Source: Verrucomicrobiota bacterium
GTDB taxonomy: Bacteria; Verrucomicrobiota; Verrucomicrobiia; Limisphaerales; Palsa-1400
Assembly: GCA_049510745.1 (NCBI GenBank)
Contig: JBEKYR010000007.1
Coordinates: 32,001 to 96,000, forward strand
Reading direction: 5' to 3'
DNA: 64,000 bases
Shown here piece after piece: positions 10,124 through 18,315 of this stretch. Position numbers and translations under genes: made by a program. Position 1 is the first letter of the stretch, and every line of letters starts with the position of its first letter. The notes under the pieces are model-generated. The model had not been told where the DNA came from and made no database searches. It was given only the letters and a program-made list of their open reading frames with translations.

Positions 10124-11320
10124 TCAGGGGCTGCCGGCAAGGTTGACGGCGCGCAAGGCCGAGAGCAATTGCTCGACGTCGGCCTTGGTGTGCGCCGCGG
10201 TCACGGTCAGGCGCAGGCGGGCCTGGCCCTGGGCGACGGTCGGGTAGCGAATGGCGGGAATAAAAATGCCCTGGCTGCGCAAGGCGGCGGCCATTTGCAC
10301 GGCCTTGTCTTCGTCGCCGATGAGAATCGGAATGATGGCGCTGCCTTGGGATTCGAGGTGGCGGCAGACAAGGGCGACGTTGCTCCACAAAAGATTGCGC
10401 CGCTGCTCGCCGGCATCGCTTTGCACAAAACGGACACCCGCCGCCGCCGCCGCCGCCGCCGCCGGAACGGGGGCGGTCGAGAAAATGAAGGAGCGCGAGC
10501 GGTTAACCAGGAAATCGATCAGCGGGCGCGAACCGCAAATGTAACCGCCGGCGGCGCCGAAGGCTTTTCCGAGGGTGCCCATTTGAATTTCAACGTTTTG
10601 CGAGACGTCGAGTTCCTCCGGCAGGCCGCGGCGCGATTTGCCGTAGAGACCGGTGGCGTGGGCGTCATCGACCATGAGCCAGGCGCCGAATTTTTCCTTC
10701 AACGCGACCAATTCGCGCAGGGGCGCCTGGTCGCCGTCCATCGAGAAGATGCTCTCGGTGACGATGAGTGTGCGCGGGCGGCGGCTGGCCGGGGTCAGGG
10801 GGGCGGCGGCGTGGCGGCGGTCGGCCCAGCGGAGAATTTTCGCCACGTCGTTGAGGTTGTTGTGTCCGAAGACGCGCAACTTGGCGCCGGAGAGGCGCGC
10901 GGCATCGACGATGCAGGCGTGAACGAGCTTATCGACCGCGATGACGTCGTTGTTATCCACCAGGGCGCAGATCGCGCCCAAGGCGGCGGCGTAGCCGGAG
11001 GAGAAGGACAGGGCCGCCTCGGCGCCCTTGAAGGCCGCCAGCGCCTCTTCGAGGTCGTGGTGGGGGGCGAGCGAACCGCAAATCAAGCGCGAAGCGCCCG
11101 CGCCCGCGCCGAATTTGTTGACGGCTGCGATGGCGGCTTCCTTGAGGAGGGGATCGTTGGCCAGGCCGAGGTAGTCGTTCGAGGAAAAATTGAGGAGCGA
11201 TTGGCCGTCGATGTCCAGGCGCGGCCCCTGGGGGGAATCGACGCGGCGCAATTGGCGGTAAAGGCCCTGCTCGCGGACCTCTTTCAATCGGGAAGACAAT
11301 TCCTCATCGAACGCGTTCAT
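10124..11320 (-). CDS. bioF: 8-amino-7-oxononanoate synthase
   Basis: FSSNDYLGLA, ESIFSMDGD, DDAHATG, GTLGKAFG, AIRYPTV. Confidence 0.96.
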   Translation of the reverse strand: MNAFDEELSSRLKEVREQGLYRQLRRVDSPQGPRLDIDGQSLLNFSSNDYLGLANDPLLKEAAIAAVNKFGAGAGASRLICGSLAPHHDLEEALAAFKGAEAALSFSSGYAAALGAICALVDNNDVIAVDKLVHACIVDAARLSGAKLRVFGHNNLNDVAKILRWADRRHAAAPLTPASRRPRTLIVTESIFSMDGDQAPLRELVALKEKFGAWLMVDDAHATGLYGKSRRGLPEELDVSQNVEIQMGTLGKAFGAAGGYICGSRPLIDFLVNRSRSFIFSTAPVPAAAAAAAAGVRFVQSDAGEQRRNLLWSNVALVCRHLESQGSAIIPILIGDEDKAVQMAAALRSQGIFIPAIRYPTVAQGQARLRLTVTAAHTKADVEQLLSALRAVNLAGSP

Positions 11321-11392
11321 GCCCAAGAAATGACACAGTTGGGAGGATTTGGCCAGCAGGTTTCATCATAATCTCAGCTATTAGGGCAAAGA

Positions 11393-11435
11393 GGACCAAA
11401 AGGACGCACACGGACGCACACGGACACACACGGAC
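11393..11435 (+). repeat. 10-bp-period tandem array (CACGGAC + 3 nt) at the 3' end of the four-helix-bundle gene
   Basis: GGAC at 11393, 11402, 11412, 11422, 11432. Confidence 0.85.
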
Positions 11436-11444
11436 GCTGTGAAT

Positions 11445-12089
11445 TCAGCCACGGTTTCGCCTTTCGCTGCGAACGCGGTAGAGGCGTTCGGTGAAACCGC
11501 CTTCCTTCTCGAAGGCTGCGGCCTGCGCCTTGAACTGGCGGTCGAGAAGGTAGCAGGACAGATTCAGGAGCGAGAGCGCCGCGTTGGCGACGAGTTCGGC
11601 GGAAGACACGGACGCGCACGGACGTTCACCGACACGCATGGACGGTTTCGCCTCTGTGAGTCCGTGTTTGTCCGTGTCCGTCCTTGAGCGGCTACGTTCC
11701 TCCTCCACCCATGCCCGGACCACTTGCAATGTGGCGCATCGCTTCGCCTTGAAGCGCTTCAAAGCCGGATGATCTGGCGGCATCGGCACCAACCCCCGCT
11801 GGCGCAAAAAATCCTCGTAGTCCAGGCGCAGCTCCTCCAGGCTGGCACGAGCCACGTTGGTCAGTTTAAGCTCGGTTTTTTTGGAGATGCCGGAGGCTTG
11901 GCTGCCCTCGGCGATGTTCTGCACGCCGGAACGCGCCGCCTGCACCATTTGATCGCGCGTGCGGCTCTTTCGATCCACGTAACGCTCGCAGAAACGCACC
12001 GTTACATCATAGACCAATTGCGCCAACTGAAAGCTTTTTAACTTCCGGTAGCCACCATGCAGAGGGATCAGTTCTTCCGGCTCAGGCAT
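11445..12089 (-). CDS. Four-helix-bundle (23S rRNA IVS-like) suffix-domain protein
   Basis: HGGYRKLKSFQ, DQMVQAARSGVQNIAEGS, VARASLEELRLDYEDFLRQR, FEKEGGFTERLYRVR. Confidence 0.9.
   Translation of the reverse strand: MPEPEELIPLHGGYRKLKSFQLAQLVYDVTVRFCERYVDRKSRTRDQMVQAARSGVQNIAEGSQASGISKKTELKLTNVARASLEELRLDYEDFLRQRGLVPMPPDHPALKRFKAKRCATLQVVRAWVEEERSRSRTDTDKHGLTEAKPSMRVGERPCASVSSAELVANAALSLLNLSCYLLDRQFKAQAAAFEKEGGFTERLYRVRSERRNRG
11607..11682. repeat. In-frame inverted 10-bp-period array inside the four-helix-bundle gene
   Basis: CACGGAC/CACGGAC/CACCGAC/CATGGAC (11607-11643) facing GTCCGTG/GTCCGTG/GTCC (11660-11682). Confidence 0.85.
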
Positions 12090-12149
12090 GGTCTGAAGCT
12101 GCCACGTTCCCCGTCCGTTGTCAGTTGATGAAAAATGACTTGCGGCGAT

Positions 12150-12163
12150 TAGACCGGTTCACA
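12150..12163. promoter_or_regulatory. Possible LacI-family operator upstream of the ALDH-GH39 operon
   Basis: TAGACCGGTTCACA (rc TGTGAACCGGTCTA), CG-centred imperfect palindrome lying in the spacer of a weak TTGCGG-17-AATGAT promoter. Confidence 0.3.
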
Positions 12164-12225
12164 ATGATAGCCCGATCACTTATGCGCCAGCCCACTCTTT
12201 GAGACAAATCAAACCACCAAAAGCC

Positions 12226-13809
12226 ATGTCACTCCAACCTGTTCTCATTGCCGGCGAATGGCGCGCGGCCAAAGCCAGCGGGACTTTCCGGGCTGAAAAC
12301 CCCGCGACCGGCGAAACGCTGCCGGAAGAATTTCCCGTCAGCGCGTGGGCCGATTGCGAGGCCGCGCTCGAGGCCGCCGTCGGAGCCGCCAACGAACTTG
12401 GGCAAACGCCGCCCGAAAAACTGGCGAACTTTCTGACGCGCTTCGCCGGGCGCATTGAGGCGCGCAAAACCGAACTGGTCGAAATCGCGCACGCTGAAAC
12501 CGGCCTGCCCAAATCGCCGCGTCTGGCGGAGGTGGAATTGCCGCGCACGACCGGGCAGTTGCGCCAGGCGGCCGCCGCCGCGCTGGACGGCTCGTGGGCT
12601 ATGGCGACGATTGACACGAAATTAAACATTCGCTCGATGCTCGCCCCGCTCGGGCCGGTGTGGGTTTTCGGCCCGAATAATTTTCCGTTCGCGTACAACA
12701 GCATCGCGGGCGGGGATTTTGCCGCCGCGATCGCGGCCGCCAATCCCGTGATTGCCAAAGCCAACACGTCGCATCCCGGCACGTCCCGGTTGCTGGCGGA
12801 GGAGGCCTTCGCCGCCGTGAGGGAAGCGGGGCTGCCGGGCGCGACGGTGCAATTGATCTATCGCACCAGCCACGCGGACGGCGAACGGCTGGCCGCCGAT
12901 GCGCGCACCGGGGCGCTGGCTTACACGGGCAGCCGCGCCGCCGGCCTCAAGCTCAAAGCCGCCGCGGACCGGGCGGGCAAGCCGATCTATCTGGAACTGT
13001 CCAGCGTCAATCCGGTGCTGATGCTGCCGGGCGCGTTGGCGGAACGGGGGGCGAAATTGGCGGAGGAATTCTGCGCCAGTTGCCTGCTGGCCACGGGGCA
13101 ATTCTGCACCAGCCCGGGCCTGGTGCTGTTGTTTGCCGGCGAAGCGGCGGAACAATTCATCGCCGCCGTGCGCCAAAAGCTGGAAGCGACGCCGCCCGCG
13201 CCGTTGCTCTCCGGCGGCGTGTTGCGGTCGCTGGAAGAAAGCGTGGGAACCCTGCGCGCGGCGGGCGCCGAACTGGTCACGGGCGGCAGGGCGTTGCCGC
13301 CGCCCGGCCATCGGTTTGCCAACACGCTGCTGCGCGTGAGCGGGGAGAAATTTTTGGCCGAACCGGAACAATTGCAGACGGAGGCGTTTGGCAACGCCTC
13401 GCTCATCGTCGTGCTGCGCGACGCCGGCCAGGCGCGCGCCGTCATCGAGCATCTCGAAGGCAATCTGACCGGCAGCATTTATTCCGACACGGCGGGCGCG
13501 GACGACGCGCTTTACGCCCAACTGGCGCCGCTGCTGCGGGCGCGGGTGGGGCGTTTATTGAACGACAAGATGCCGACAGGTGTGGCGGTCACGGCGGCGA
13601 TGAACCACGGCGGACCGTATCCGGCGACGGGACATCCGGGCTTTACCGCCGTCGGCATTCCCGCGTCATTGCGGCGTTTTGCGATGCTCCAGTGTTTTGA
13701 CAGTGTCCGCCCGCAGCGTCTGCCAGCCGCGCTGCGCAATCAGAATCCGACTGGAAAAATGTGGCGGCTTATGGATGGCCACTGGACGCAAGACAGCGCC
13801 GCCGGATAA
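12226..13809 (+). CDS. NAD(P)+ aldehyde dehydrogenase, alpha-ketoglutaric semialdehyde dehydrogenase-like
   Basis: ELPRTTGQLR, GPNNFPFA, AGGDFAAA, ELSSVNP, GQFCTSPG, PTGVAVTAAMNHGGPYPATG. Confidence 0.9.
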   Translation: MSLQPVLIAGEWRAAKASGTFRAENPATGETLPEEFPVSAWADCEAALEAAVGAANELGQTPPEKLANFLTRFAGRIEARKTELVEIAHAETGLPKSPRLAEVELPRTTGQLRQAAAAALDGSWAMATIDTKLNIRSMLAPLGPVWVFGPNNFPFAYNSIAGGDFAAAIAAANPVIAKANTSHPGTSRLLAEEAFAAVREAGLPGATVQLIYRTSHADGERLAADARTGALAYTGSRAAGLKLKAAADRAGKPIYLELSSVNPVLMLPGALAERGAKLAEEFCASCLLATGQFCTSPGLVLLFAGEAAEQFIAAVRQKLEATPPAPLLSGGVLRSLEESVGTLRAAGAELVTGGRALPPPGHRFANTLLRVSGEKFLAEPEQLQTEAFGNASLIVVLRDAGQARAVIEHLEGNLTGSIYSDTAGADDALYAQLAPLLRARVGRLLNDKMPTGVAVTAAMNHGGPYPATGHPGFTAVGIPASLRRFAMLQCFDSVRPQRLPAALRNQNPTGKMWRLMDGHWTQDSAAG

Positions 13810-13840
13810 AGAGTTTTCCTCAAACCCAAGCCAAAAACAC

Positions 13841-15529
13841 ATGATGCGTCATCTCCAAGCCGCCCGCTTGTTCGCCGCGCTTTTGCCGGCGTCAATCGCC
13901 ATTGCCGAGCCGGCCACCAACGCTTCGTTTCCCGTCGCCATCACGGTGGACGCGGCCAAGCCGGTGGGAGAACTGACGCCGATCTGGCGCTTCTTCGGCG
14001 CGGACGAACCGAACTACGCCTACATGAAGGACGGCAAGAAGCTTTTGTCTGAACTCGGCCAGCTCGGCGGGGCGCAGGTTTATTTTCGCGCGCACCATCT
14101 GCTGACCAGCGGCGACGGCTGGGCGGCGTTGAAATGGGGTTCGACCAGCGCCTACAAGGAGGATGCGAACGGCAAAGCGATTTACGACTGGACGATCAAC
14201 GACCGGATTTTCGACGCGTATCTCGAACACGGCCTCAAACCTTATGTGCAGATCGGCTTCATGCCGGAGGCGCTGACGACGCATCCGCAGAATTATCCGC
14301 ACCATCCGCCGGCCAACCAGCGCGCGCCCGCCGACGCGGGACAGTCGTATCCGCCGAGAGATTACGCGAAGTGGGGCGAGCTTGCGCATCAATGGGCCAG
14401 GCATTGCGTGGAGAAATACGGGCGGGCGGAAGTGGAGAAATGGTATTGGGAAGTCTGGAACGAGCCGAACATCAGTTACTGGCACGGGTCGCACGCGGAG
14501 TATTTCAAGCTTTACGATTACGCGGTGGACGGCGTGCGGCGGGCGCTGGCGAGCGCGCGCGTCGGCGGGCCGGAAACAGCGGGCGGGCCGGGCGGGAGGT
14601 TTTTGCGCGAATTTCTGGAACATTGCGCGTCGGGCACGAATTACGTCAGCGGCAAAACCGGCTCGCCCCTGGACTTTATCTCATTCCACGCCAAAGGCGC
14701 GCCGGTGTTCACCAACGGCCACGTCCGCATGGGCATGGCGAACCAGTTCAAGAATATCGACAGCGCCTTTGCCGTGATCGCGTCTTTTCCTGAATTCAAA
14801 AACCTGCCCATCATCATCGGCGAATCCGATCCGGAAGGATGCGCGGCGTGCCGCGAGCCGCACGACGCCTATCGCAACGGCACGATGTATTCCAGTTACA
14901 CGGCGGCGAGTTTTCCGCGCGCCTATGAACTGGCGGCGGAACGCGGGATGAATCTCCAGGGGGCGCTGACCTGGGCGTTTGAATTTGAAGACCAATTGCC
15001 GTTCGCCGGCTTCCGTCAACTGGCCAGCGCGGGGATGGATTTGCCGGTGCTGAATGTGTTCCGGATGTTCGCCAAAATGAGCGGCGAGCGCCTGGCCGCG
15101 GTCAGCAGCGCGGGACTGGAGGCGCAAACGATTCTCAAATCCGGCGTGCGCGGCCCTCCCGACGTGGCCGCGCTGGCGAGCCTGGACAAAGGCAAACTGG
15201 CCGTGCTGGCCTGGCATTATCACGACGACGATGTGGCCGGCCCGGAGGCGAGGGTGGACCTGGCGCTGAACAACCTGCCGTTCGCCAACGGCGAGGCGAA
15301 GATGACGCACTACCGGATTGACGCCGACCACAGCAATTCCTACCAGGCGTGGCTGCGGATGGGTTCGCCGCAGCCGCTCTCGGACAAGCAATTTTCCGAA
15401 CTGGAAAAGGCCGGGCAGCTTGCCCTGCTTGGCCCGCCGGAAAACATCCGCGTGGAAAACGGCAGGGCCGGCGTGAAATTCAACCTGCCGCGCCAGGCGG
15501 TGACCCTGCTGGTGGTGGAGTGGAATTAA
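13841..15529 (+). CDS. GH39 beta-xylosidase-like glycoside hydrolase, secreted
   Basis: Signal peptide; WRFFGADEPNY, WEVWNEP (acid/base), IIIGESDPEGCAAC. Confidence 0.9.
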   Translation: MMRHLQAARLFAALLPASIAIAEPATNASFPVAITVDAAKPVGELTPIWRFFGADEPNYAYMKDGKKLLSELGQLGGAQVYFRAHHLLTSGDGWAALKWGSTSAYKEDANGKAIYDWTINDRIFDAYLEHGLKPYVQIGFMPEALTTHPQNYPHHPPANQRAPADAGQSYPPRDYAKWGELAHQWARHCVEKYGRAEVEKWYWEVWNEPNISYWHGSHAEYFKLYDYAVDGVRRALASARVGGPETAGGPGGRFLREFLEHCASGTNYVSGKTGSPLDFISFHAKGAPVFTNGHVRMGMANQFKNIDSAFAVIASFPEFKNLPIIIGESDPEGCAACREPHDAYRNGTMYSSYTAASFPRAYELAAERGMNLQGALTWAFEFEDQLPFAGFRQLASAGMDLPVLNVFRMFAKMSGERLAAVSSAGLEAQTILKSGVRGPPDVAALASLDKGKLAVLAWHYHDDDVAGPEARVDLALNNLPFANGEAKMTHYRIDADHSNSYQAWLRMGSPQPLSDKQFSELEKAGQLALLGPPENIRVENGRAGVKFNLPRQAVTLLVVEWN

Positions 15530-15542
15530 CCCGCGGTCCGGT

Positions 15543-15833
15543 TTAAAGTTTTTGCAGGACGGCTTCCGGCGCGAAACCGTGAAGTTTAATCACCTTGTGC
15601 CGCGATTTATGGCCGCGAACCAGTTCGACGCGATGGCGGGCGCAATCGAGTTTTTCGGCGAGCAACTCAATCAACGCTTCGTTGGCGGCGGCATCCACCG
15701 GCGGGGCGGTGACCTTGATTTTCAGCTCGTCGCCAGCCAGCCCGACGATTTGATTGGACGAGGCGCGCGGTTGGAGTTTCACGGACAGGAGCGTGCCGTC
15801 CGGTTGGGCGCGGAGGAAAATCGGAGTCGCCAT
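15543..15833 (-). CDS. DUF167 (YggU-like) protein
   Basis: VKLQPRASSN..LKIKVTAPPVDAAANEAL..GHKSRHK. Confidence 0.9.
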   Translation of the reverse strand: MATPIFLRAQPDGTLLSVKLQPRASSNQIVGLAGDELKIKVTAPPVDAAANEALIELLAEKLDCARHRVELVRGHKSRHKVIKLHGFAPEAVLQKL

Positions 15834-15918
15834 GGCCGCGCATAGTAAGCGGCGGCAGGCCATTTGTCTCTGGAATTCCGAATTTGCAGGCAGATGGGAA
15901 ACAGGGCACCTTGGGGGG

Positions 15919-18009
15919 ATGAAACACAACTCGACCGGGAAAGCGTGGCTCCTTGCCGGGAGTCTTCTGGCTTTGCCGGGTTTCCTCAACCTGGGGGGGA
16001 CGGCGCGGGCGCAGACTGTATTTATGGTTGACGCGTTCAATCCATCGGGCGTGGGCGGCAATAACTACGCCAGCGGCCAGATCACCAATGTCTGGGGGAA
16101 TTGGTTCGGGAACGCGTTTCAATCATTGGCTTGGGATTCCGCCAGCGACGCCAACAATAACGCCGCTTCGGGATCGATGAAGATCACGGCCAACTTCAAC
16201 GGCGCCAGCAATCAGTTCGAGGTTTATGACTTTAACGGCATCTACCCGCCGGTGAACGGGGTGCAATACACGAATTTTCAATGCGATGTCCGTTTCGATC
16301 CCAGTTCCGCCACCGTGACGGCGGGCGGCAAGCTCATCTTTGGCCACCTGGAATTCGGCACGCCGAACGGCTACGGCCAGGATTACTTTGGCGGAGTGGA
16401 CGTTCCGGCCACGAACACAAACTGGGTGCATGTCAGCCTGCCGCTCAGCGCGGCGTCGGACCCGAATCTGACGAACATCTACAACGTTCTCATTCACATC
16501 TACGGGCCTTATTACAGTCCCGGGTTGAGCGGCGCTTCGATCCTCTGGGTGGACAACATCAAGTTTGTCGGCGCCACGCCGGTGACGACAAATTGCGTCG
16601 TGGACTGGAACGACGTGCATCAAAGGATAGATGGTTTTGGCGCTTCCTCGGCTTGGGATGGCAGTTGGACGAGCGCGCAAGCGGACCTGTTTTTTTCCAC
16701 CAATGCCGGGATCGGCCTTTCCTTGTTGCGCACACGCATCGCCCCTGGCGGCACGACGGTGGAAAACAGCATCATGCAGATGGCCCAAGCCCGCGGGGCC
16801 AGGGTCTGGAGCACGCCGTGGAGTCCGCAGGCGTCGTTCAAAAGCAATACAAATGTCGATGGCGGAGAATTTCTTTCGGCCAGCAACCAGGCTTACGCCA
16901 GCCAACTGGCCGGTTACGTGGCCAACATGAAGAACACTTACGGCGTCACCCTCTACGCCCTCTCCATCCAGAACGAACCCGGGATTGCGACCAGTTACGA
17001 ATCCTGCGTGTGGAACGCGCAGCAGATTCATGATTTTGTCCCTTACCTTTACGCCGCGTTGGCGGCGAGCAACGTGGCTTCGACAAAGATCCTGCTGGCG
17101 GAAGACCAGAGCTGGGAGACCAGTCTTTACCTCACCGCCATGAGTGATCCTTCGGTCGCGACGAACGTCGGCATTATCGCCTGCCACAATTATGACGGCA
17201 GTCCGCCCGGCGGGAATCCGGCGGCGCTGCCCCGGTCTGCCAATCCCAACGCGGCGCTCTGGGAGACGGAAGTTTCCACGTTCGACGCCTTTGACGGAAG
17301 CATGAGCAACGCCCTGTATTGGGCCGGCCGGATTCACCTGTTCCTGACGGCCGCGGAGGTCAACGCTTTTCATTATTGGTGGCTCATTCCCTTCAACCCC
17401 GATAACGAAGGATTGACCGACCCATCCGGCAATCCGGCCAAGCGCATGTATGCGCTGGGCAATTACAGCCGGTTTGTCCGGCCGGGCTATTACCGGATCG
17501 GAGTGTCCAACAACGCGTTCACCTCGATCAGCGCCTACAAGGACACCAACTCCGGCAGCTTTGCCATCGTCGCCATTAATTCGAGCTTCGGCGCCGTCAC
17601 GCAGATTTTTAATCTGGCCAACTTCACGGCCAGTTCTGTCACCCCATCGGTTACCTCCGGCACACTTTCGCTTTCCAACCAGGCTGCCGTGGCCGTTTCC
17701 AACTCAACTTTCAGCTACGCGCTGCCCGCTCTGAGCGTGGTGACCTTCATCGGGCAGGCTTACGTGGCGCCGTCCAGCATCACGATCTCGCGCGCTGTTC
17801 TCAACGGGAGCGCTTTTGTTCTCAGTTGGAATTCGGTCGCGGGCGCAAGCTACAGCGTGCTCAGAACCAATGTCCTGGCCGGACCCGCCACGCGCTGGCC
17901 CGCCATTGTCACCGGCTATCCGGCGGGAGGCGCCGCGGCCGGTTCGCTCTCCTACACGGATGTGACAGTGAGGGTGGCCCCGAGTTTTTATCGGGTGAGC
18001 AGTCCCTGA
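15919..18009 (+). CDS. GH30 glucuronoxylanase-like hydrolase with N-terminal beta-sandwich and C-terminal FYR domain
   Basis: Signal peptide; QRIDGFGAS, STPWSP, SIQNEP, LWETEVS, GNYSRFVRPGYYR. Confidence 0.88.
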   Translation: MKHNSTGKAWLLAGSLLALPGFLNLGGTARAQTVFMVDAFNPSGVGGNNYASGQITNVWGNWFGNAFQSLAWDSASDANNNAASGSMKITANFNGASNQFEVYDFNGIYPPVNGVQYTNFQCDVRFDPSSATVTAGGKLIFGHLEFGTPNGYGQDYFGGVDVPATNTNWVHVSLPLSAASDPNLTNIYNVLIHIYGPYYSPGLSGASILWVDNIKFVGATPVTTNCVVDWNDVHQRIDGFGASSAWDGSWTSAQADLFFSTNAGIGLSLLRTRIAPGGTTVENSIMQMAQARGARVWSTPWSPQASFKSNTNVDGGEFLSASNQAYASQLAGYVANMKNTYGVTLYALSIQNEPGIATSYESCVWNAQQIHDFVPYLYAALAASNVASTKILLAEDQSWETSLYLTAMSDPSVATNVGIIACHNYDGSPPGGNPAALPRSANPNAALWETEVSTFDAFDGSMSNALYWAGRIHLFLTAAEVNAFHYWWLIPFNPDNEGLTDPSGNPAKRMYALGNYSRFVRPGYYRIGVSNNAFTSISAYKDTNSGSFAIVAINSSFGAVTQIFNLANFTASSVTPSVTSGTLSLSNQAAVAVSNSTFSYALPALSVVTFIGQAYVAPSSITISRAVLNGSAFVLSWNSVAGASYSVLRTNVLAGPATRWPAIVTGYPAGGAAAGSLSYTDVTVRVAPSFYRVSSP

Positions 18010-18051
18010 CCGTGGCGGGGGGAGCTCGAACCCTCGTTAAAGGACGGTTTG

Positions 18052-18111
18052 TGGCGGGCTTGCGGAAAGAAATCCGCATGTTTTTGGCGGGTTTGAAGCT
18101 GGAATTCCGCA
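18052..18111 (+). promoter_or_regulatory. Tandem putative ECF promoters TGGCGGG-N16-CGCA
   Basis: TGGCGGG 18052-18058/CGCA 18075-18078 and TGGCGGG 18085-18091/CGCA 18108-18111; same motif recurs at 21868. Confidence 0.6.
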
Positions 18112-18315
18112 CATACAAGGAGAAGTCACAGTGTATATGAGCGCAAAGCGACACCAATGCCGTTGCGGGGGTATCGACTCGTTGTCGCCGGGCTATTTAT
18201 GGAGCAAGACCTCGTTTCCCAAACGGCTGTGGCGCCGGATGGACAATGGCGGGGAAAGACCGGGGTGATGCAAAATCGGAAAACCTCTCAACTAAAACCC
18301 ATCAAATATCAAGAT

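Noticed and set aside
10439..10463. (GCC)n microsatellite as a phase-variation site
   Set aside because: In-frame poly-Ala in the normal Ala-rich helix of BioF
11445..12089. Diversity-generating retroelement (Avd-like four-helix bundle)
   Set aside because: No reverse transcriptase and no TR/VR pair with adenine-specific mismatches seen in the window
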